This document shows, piece by piece, positions 39,246 through 44,755 of a stretch of DNA of 44,755 nucleotides. The notes under the pieces were generated by a model. The model searched no databases. It worked only from the letters and a program-made list of their open reading frames with translations, and was not told the origin of the DNA. This DNA comes from Bdellovibrionia bacterium. Lineage in GTDB: Bacteria; Bdellovibrionota; UBA1018. The translations under genes were made by a program, and so were the position numbers. Where the stretch lies: the NCBI GenBank assembly GCA_044347055.1, contig JBIIXZ010000002.1, forward strand, positions 1 through 44,755, in the 5' to 3' direction. Every line of letters starts with the position of its first letter. Position 1 is the first letter of the stretch.

Positions 39246-41553
39246 GCTCTCTTCCATCCGCAGGCTCTCCAGCTCGCTCGCACTCGGCGGCGCCCTCATG
39301 GGCGGCAGCCTGATCTCGGCCAGCACTACTGAAGCGGCTCCACTCGAAGGCATTCTGCGCGAACGCGGCACCCGTAATCCGCTGGCCGACGTTTCGGTAT
39401 TCGTGCTTCCTCACAAGCTCAAGGCCACGACCGACGCGCAGGGGCGATTTCGCTTCGAAGATGTGCCGGAGGGCCCGATCAGCTTCGTCGTGAATGCAGC
39501 GGGCTTCTTGAAACTCGAGGAGCAGGACTTCGCCGCCGCGCCTACCGTGGCGGGAGCCGACTCCAGGGCGCTGCGCGAGCTCTTCGTCGAGCGCACCGCC
39601 TACGGCACCTACGAAACCACGGTGACGGGACGGGCGGATCGGCGTGATGACTCGCGCCGAACGCTGAAGGCATCGCAGGTGAAGACGCTGCCCGGAGCCG
39701 GAGGTGATCCGCTCAAGGCCATCCAGAATCTTCCGGGCGTGAACCGCCCCGCGCCGTTCAGTTCGCAGGTCATCATCCAGGGGGCAGCCCCACGCGATAC
39801 CCGCTACCTGATCAACGGACACGAAGTGCCGATCATCTTCCACTTCGGCGGCCTGAGCTCGGTCGTCCTGCCGGATGCACTCGATCGTGTGGATTACCTC
39901 ACTGCAGGCTATGGCCCCGAATACGGACGTGCGCTCGGCGGCCTCGTCGGAGTCTGGACGCGAAGCCCGCGAACCGACCGCGTGCACGGAATGGCTTTCG
40001 TCGACCTGATCAACGCAGGCGGATACGTCGAAGGCCCTGCCGGAGAAAAGGGACGCTTCCTGATCGGCGCGCGCCAGAGCTACATTGGCGCCATCCTGGG
40101 CGCAGTGGCCGGCGACAACGATGCCTTCAACTTCACCCTGGCCCCGACCTTCGGCGATGTGGTCGGCATCTACGAACGCCCGCTCACCGACCGCGATGAG
40201 TTCAAGATCGTCACGGTCGGCTCGAGCGACAATCTGTCCTTCGTGCTCAAGCAGCCGGTGGGCACGGACCCGAGCCTTCGTGGAAACTTCAACACGACCA
40301 CCCGGTTCTTCCGCATCATCCCCGAACTCCAGCACACCCACAGCTCGCGAACCCGCTCGCGCTGGTCGCTCGGAATCGGCCGCGACTGGATCAAGTTCAA
40401 CACGAGCGAAAACAACTTCAAGATCTTCACCTGGTCACTGACGACGCGCGGAGAGGTCGAACGCGAAATGTCCGACCGCTGGACGGCGCACTGGGGCTTC
40501 GACAACGCCTATACCTGGGCTCGAGTCGACATCCTGCTTCGCGACGTCTTCTTCGACGGCGGCGTAGGAAACCCCTTCAGCAGCGGCGAACTTCGAAACG
40601 CCGGCGTGGACAACAAGCAGGTGCGAATCGGTGCCTACTGGCGCAACGAAGTGCGGATGACACCGTACTGGACCCTGCTTCCTTCGGTTCGTCTCGAGAC
40701 CATCCGAAGCAACTCGAACAACGTTCGCGAAGTCTTTCCGCTCGCACGACTGGCTTCACGCTACGCGCTCAGCGATTCGCTCACGCTTCGAGCGGCCACA
40801 GGACGCTATGTCCAGGCTCCACAGCCGCAGGAAATTGATCCGACCTTCGGCAATCCGGACGTACGCTCGCCGACCTCGTGGCATGGCTCGCTGGGGTTTG
40901 AAAAAGACTTCCGACAAGGAAGCTCCACGGGCTGGCGCTGGAGCGGCGGAGCCTTTTACCGAGACTTCAACAGCCTCGTCGTCCCCTCCGCCACGGCCGT
41001 GGTGCGCAATGGACAGACGGTTCCGGAGAACTTCAACAACGCGGGCGAAGGACGCGCCTATGGCGTCGAAAATCTCCTGCAGATGGATTTCGCACCGTGG
41101 ACGGGATGGCTCTCGTACACTGCGGCTCGCAGCACGCGCCGGCAGCCGGGACAGATCGAATATCCCTTCCAGTTCGATCAAACCCACCTGCTGACGGCGA
41201 TCGCTGCAGTGGATCTGCCTCGAAACTGGAGGATCAGCTCGCGCATTCGATACGCCACCGGAAATCCGACCACACCCATCGTCGGCGCCACCTACGACGC
41301 CGACAATGACGTCTACTTTCCGAATCGCGGAGGATTTTACTCGGAGCGTCTCCAGCCGTTTCTCCAGCTCGACATGCGCTTCGACAAGAAGTGGATCTAC
41401 AAGACCTGGATTCTCTCCGGCTATCTCGACATTCAGAACGTGACGAACCGGAAGAACCTCGAAGCCGTGCAGTACTCGTACAACTTCCAGCAGCGCGACG
41501 TGGTCGGCGGCCTGCCGATCATTCCGACGCTCGGGGTGCAGGCGGAGTTCTAG
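39229..41553 (+). CDS. TonB-dependent receptor with N-terminal carboxypeptidase-regulatory-like domain
   Basis: Signal peptide. VFVLPHKLKATTDAQGRFRFEDVPEG (CarbopepD_reg-like). Plug segment LPGVNRP. C-terminal GVQAEF. Confidence 0.8.
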   Translation: MRFHSKLSSIRRLSSSLALGGALMGGSLISASTTEAAPLEGILRERGTRNPLADVSVFVLPHKLKATTDAQGRFRFEDVPEGPISFVVNAAGFLKLEEQDFAAAPTVAGADSRALRELFVERTAYGTYETTVTGRADRRDDSRRTLKASQVKTLPGAGGDPLKAIQNLPGVNRPAPFSSQVIIQGAAPRDTRYLINGHEVPIIFHFGGLSSVVLPDALDRVDYLTAGYGPEYGRALGGLVGVWTRSPRTDRVHGMAFVDLINAGGYVEGPAGEKGRFLIGARQSYIGAILGAVAGDNDAFNFTLAPTFGDVVGIYERPLTDRDEFKIVTVGSSDNLSFVLKQPVGTDPSLRGNFNTTTRFFRIIPELQHTHSSRTRSRWSLGIGRDWIKFNTSENNFKIFTWSLTTRGEVEREMSDRWTAHWGFDNAYTWARVDILLRDVFFDGGVGNPFSSGELRNAGVDNKQVRIGAYWRNEVRMTPYWTLLPSVRLETIRSNSNNVREVFPLARLASRYALSDSLTLRAATGRYVQAPQPQEIDPTFGNPDVRSPTSWHGSLGFEKDFRQGSSTGWRWSGGAFYRDFNSLVVPSATAVVRNGQTVPENFNNAGEGRAYGVENLLQMDFAPWTGWLSYTAARSTRRQPGQIEYPFQFDQTHLLTAIAAVDLPRNWRISSRIRYATGNPTTPIVGATYDADNDVYFPNRGGFYSERLQPFLQLDMRFDKKWIYKTWILSGYLDIQNVTNRKNLEAVQYSYNFQQRDVVGGLPIIPTLGVQAEF

Positions 41554-41585
41554 TCAAGACACGGCGGCCAGTGCTAAATGGTCTC

Positions 41586-43295
41586 ATGCCGCACAACCTC
41601 GACTTGATTCTGACGCTCACGGGAGGCCTCACGGCGGCCCTGGCATTCGGCTTCATCACCCAGTGGCTCCGACTCTCTCCGATTGTCGGTTATCTTCTCG
41701 CCGGCATCGTCGTCGGGCCTTTCACTCCCGGATTCGTGGCGAACCAGAACATTGCATCCCAGAGCGCCGAGATCGGCGTCATTCTCCTGATGTTCGGCGT
41801 CGGCCTGCATTTCCGTATTGATGACCTGCTGGCCGTACGGAAGGTCGCCATCCCGGGTGCGCTCGTGCAGATCGTCTCTGCGACTGCACTAGGCGCCATG
41901 GCGACACTCGGCCTCGGCTGGTCCTGGAGCGCCGGGATCGTCTTTGGGATGGCGATCTCGGTAGCGAGCACCGTCGTGCTCACGCGAGTCCTGACCGACA
42001 ATCGCGAGCTGCATACCCCCACGGGCCACATTGCCGTTGGATGGCTGATCGTCGAAGACCTGTTCACGGTGCTGGTCCTCGTGATGCTGCCGGCGCTGGT
42101 CGGCAAGGATCCGGACACTGCCGGCACCAGCGTGACCATGACCCTCGGCATTGCCGTGCTGAAGCTCGCGGTGCTCGTGCTGGTCACCTTCATGCTGGGC
42201 GGCCGCATGATTCCGCGCCTTCTCGGATACGTCGCCCGAACCGGATCTCGCGAGCTTTTCACGCTGACCGTCCTTGTCCTGGCTCTCGGAATCGCCGTCG
42301 GCTCGGCCAAGCTTTTTGGAGCTTCGATGGCGCTGGGAGCATTCCTTGCCGGGATGATCGTCGGACAATCCGATTACGGGGCAAGAGCGGCATCGGACGC
42401 ATTGCCCATGCGTGATGCCTTTGCCGTTCTGTTTTTTGTCTCCGTGGGGATGCTCTTCGATCCGTCGACGATCCGCACCGGCTGGCCCCTGATGCTGTTT
42501 ACTCTGGCGATCATCCTCATCGGCAAACCGGTGGCTGCACTCGTGGTGATGTGGGTGCTGAAGAAGCCCCTGCGCTCTTCGCTGGCTGTGGCCGTGTCTC
42601 TTGCCCAGATCGGCGAATTCTCGTTCATCCTTGCCGTGCTCGCGAGCTCGCTGGGCATCCTGCCGCCTGAGGCATTGAATGCGCTGGTGGTAGGCTCGAT
42701 CCTCTCCATCACCTTGAATCCAGTCCTCTACCAAAGAATTGATCCGACCCTGCGCCGGCTCGAAAAATGGGGACTCCTTCCTTCGAAAAGGCTCGACCAG
42801 TCCACGGTGCCGGAGCAGACGCCCGGCGACTCGGACAGAGTCGTGGTGGTCGGCTTCGGCCCCGTGGGTCAGACCATCGGCAGGATCCTGCGAGAGAACG
42901 GCTTTGAAGTCGTGGTCATTGAAATGAACATCGACACGGTCCAATCGCTTCACGGCTCAGGACAACAGGCAATCTATGGAGATGCTTCACAGCGAGAGAT
43001 CCTTCATCATGCGGGCGTCGAAACCGCCGCGGGCCTGATCATTTCCGCCTCGGAAGTGGACGCGACGGAGGTGGTCCGAGCTGCGCGAGAGCTCAATCCG
43101 AAAATCCGAATCCTCACGCGCTCGCGGTACCTGAAGGAAACGGAATCTCTGCGACGCTCGGGCGCCGACGCCATTTTTTCGAGCGAAGGAGAGATCGCCC
43201 TGTCCATGGCCGGATATTTGATGGAGCAGCTCGGCGCAACCGATGAGCAGATCGAACGCGAACGCGACCGGGTTCGAGAGGAGCTCTTCCAGTAG
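41586..43295 (+). CDS. ybaL: CPA2 cation:proton antiporter with C-terminal RCK/TrkA-N domain, YbaL-like
   Basis: LSPIVGYLLAGIVVGPFTPGFV and EIGVILLMFGVGLHF are collinear with E. coli YbaL. Rossmann motif VVVGFGPVGQ. The track ORF starting at 41391 is over-extended. Confidence 0.85.
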   Translation: MPHNLDLILTLTGGLTAALAFGFITQWLRLSPIVGYLLAGIVVGPFTPGFVANQNIASQSAEIGVILLMFGVGLHFRIDDLLAVRKVAIPGALVQIVSATALGAMATLGLGWSWSAGIVFGMAISVASTVVLTRVLTDNRELHTPTGHIAVGWLIVEDLFTVLVLVMLPALVGKDPDTAGTSVTMTLGIAVLKLAVLVLVTFMLGGRMIPRLLGYVARTGSRELFTLTVLVLALGIAVGSAKLFGASMALGAFLAGMIVGQSDYGARAASDALPMRDAFAVLFFVSVGMLFDPSTIRTGWPLMLFTLAIILIGKPVAALVVMWVLKKPLRSSLAVAVSLAQIGEFSFILAVLASSLGILPPEALNALVVGSILSITLNPVLYQRIDPTLRRLEKWGLLPSKRLDQSTVPEQTPGDSDRVVVVGFGPVGQTIGRILRENGFEVVVIEMNIDTVQSLHGSGQQAIYGDASQREILHHAGVETAAGLIISASEVDATEVVRAARELNPKIRILTRSRYLKETESLRRSGADAIFSSEGEIALSMAGYLMEQLGATDEQIERERDRVREELFQ

Positions 43296-43320
43296 GAACG
43301 GATTTTGAACCGCGGCTCAC

Positions 43321-43340
43321 GCGCCTCGATGACGAGGCGC
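43321..43340 (+). other. Perfect 8-bp stem / 4-nt loop hairpin (gcgcctcg atga cgaggcgc)
   Basis: Read directly, 26 nt after the ybaL stop. No T-tract follows it. Confidence 0.6.
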
Positions 43341-43356
43341 AATTGGAGCCCGATAT

Positions 43357-44755
43357 ATGCCCTTTGAATCACGCACCCTGTTGTCCACTGTTCTATTTGC
43401 AACGATCTTCTCGTGCGCGGGTCGCGCCGGAGCCGTGCAAGTTGAGATCACCCCGGATGGCTACTCGATCGAAGAAGTCGAGCTGCTGAAATCGATCGCT
43501 CTCGAGAGCCCGGAGCTTCAAAAAAAGATCGGCAAAAATCGCTTCCGAATCCTCGAAACCCACGAGGCCTCCAACCAGGCCCCGAAGGAAGTGGAGCTCG
43601 ATCCCGGTGACGTCCGATTCATCGGCTATGACTACGATTCGAATCGCACGCTCGAGATCCGGATGGCTCGCGGAGGGGTAATTGTCCAGGAGGCCGAGGA
43701 GCTCGACCATGTCGAGCCGCCCTACCCCAGTCCGGAAGAAATTGACGATGCCATTGCGCTCATCAGGAACGACCCGTACTTCGGCCCGCTTGCGGCTGAC
43801 TGGCGTCCGTACGAGGCCATGCCTCCCCTGGTTCCGAATACTCCCGAGCTTGGCGAAGATCGCATCATCTCGATCGGCCTGCTGCCGGAACAGCATGCTC
43901 CGCACTCTCTCGCGCATGAAATCGTCGGCGTGAATCTGTCACGCCGAACCATCGTGCGCTTTCCGACCGGCGCGCCTCCGACAGCCTTGGTCGGTCCAAA
44001 GGTCTGCGCGCCCCGCAATGCCGGCCAGGCCAACACCGCTCGAGGCGTGGGTGGCTCCGCGACGCTGAACATTCGCGATGATGCCGGAGATTCGATCTGG
44101 AGCTTCCAAGTCCTTCGTCCCTCCGTCAGCAGCGGCACGCGCGGTTCGGGGCTCGATCTTCGCACGATCCGTTACCGCGGAAGACTCGTGGCCTCGCAGA
44201 TCCACACTCCGATCGTGAACGTCCAGTATGCCCGCAATGTCTGCGGGCCCTATCGCGACTGGCAGTATTCAGAGAACCCATTCCTGGCCAAGGGCACGCT
44301 CATCGCGCCGGGAATCCTGCGCGCCGAGGGGCATCCGACGACCATTCTCGAGTCGTTCCGCGACTATGGAAATTATCGCGGAGTCGCAGTCTCCACTGAA
44401 GGAAATGTCACTCGACTGGTCACCGAAATCGCCGCAGGCTGGTATCGCTACCAGGTCGAGTACCTGTTCCATCCCGATGGCCGGATCCAGCCGCGCTGGG
44501 GATTTGCCGCGATCCAGGACAGCTGCACCTGCAACCTTCACTTCCATCACGCCTACTGGAGAATGGACTTCGATCTCGACGAGGACACCGGCGATCGAAT
44601 CGAGATCGGCGATGGCTCACGCTGGCAGCTCATCAGCCGCGAATCGAAGCTGCTGCGCCGTCCGGGACAGGAGCTGCTCCGAGTGCTCAACCTGAAGTCC
44701 GGACTGCAGGCCATCATCGAACCTGGAGAGCGTGACGGCACTGCCGATCTTTTCG
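43357..44755 (+). CDS. Copper amine oxidase-like protein, divergent, 3'-truncated by the window end (absent from the ORF track)
   Basis: Own translation from the ATG at 43357 gives an open frame to the window end. Signal-like LLSTVLFATIFSCAG. HFHHAYWRMDFDLDED resembles the CuAO HxHxxxxRxDxxxD copper site. GWYRYQVEYLFHPDGRI resembles the NY(D/E)Y...W.F.QDG.I region. Confidence 0.5.
   Translation, partial: MPFESRTLLSTVLFATIFSCAGRAGAVQVEITPDGYSIEEVELLKSIALESPELQKKIGKNRFRILETHEASNQAPKEVELDPGDVRFIGYDYDSNRTLEIRMARGGVIVQEAEELDHVEPPYPSPEEIDDAIALIRNDPYFGPLAADWRPYEAMPPLVPNTPELGEDRIISIGLLPEQHAPHSLAHEIVGVNLSRRTIVRFPTGAPPTALVGPKVCAPRNAGQANTARGVGGSATLNIRDDAGDSIWSFQVLRPSVSSGTRGSGLDLRTIRYRGRLVASQIHTPIVNVQYARNVCGPYRDWQYSENPFLAKGTLIAPGILRAEGHPTTILESFRDYGNYRGVAVSTEGNVTRLVTEIAAGWYRYQVEYLFHPDGRIQPRWGFAAIQDSCTCNLHFHHAYWRMDFDLDEDTGDRIEIGDGSRWQLISRESKLLRRPGQELLRVLNLKSGLQAIIEPGERDGTADLF

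Noticed and set aside
39127-42953. Minus-strand ORFs 39127..40341 and 41889..42953
   Set aside because: They are antisense to the TonB-dependent receptor and ybaL genes, and no motifs are present.

Overview
GC-rich chromosomal segment from a diderm (Gram-negative type) bacterium; lineage cannot be fixed from the sequence alone. I support about 44 protein-coding genes and see no rRNA, tRNA or CRISPR. Most of the window is housekeeping. It holds a translationally coupled tesA-ybbA-ybbP-like operon, an EEP phosphoesterase plus cardiolipin synthase pair, and a prkA-yeaH-spoVR operon. That operon lies divergent from TldD/PmbA, PP2C phosphatase, M23 peptidase and secA. Further on are SRAP/YedK, HAD, a HIBCH-like hydrolase, a GreA-like factor, dusC, two small Fe-S proteins, a secreted thermonuclease and DoxX. 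The window ends with an exbB-exbD-tonB-lipoprotein-TonB-dependent receptor cluster, ybaL, and a 3'-truncated copper-amine-oxidase-like gene. Four items look non-routine. (1) A same-strand cluster at 6619-11322 is centred on an 837-aa protein with a Sec signal, a glycine-zipper-like region and a C-terminal Fic domain, followed by a beta-barrel OMP. (2) One protein fuses a receiver domain, a class III nucleotidyl cyclase and a PilZ domain. (3) A Y1/HUH (IS200/RAYT-like) transposase homolog has a 15-bp tandem array on one side and an inverted 13/15 copy of that unit on the other. (4) The copper-amine-oxidase-like protein has a non-canonical cofactor motif. All family calls rest on motifs read by eye; no database search was run. 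Many long ORFs in the track are antisense artefacts of high GC content.
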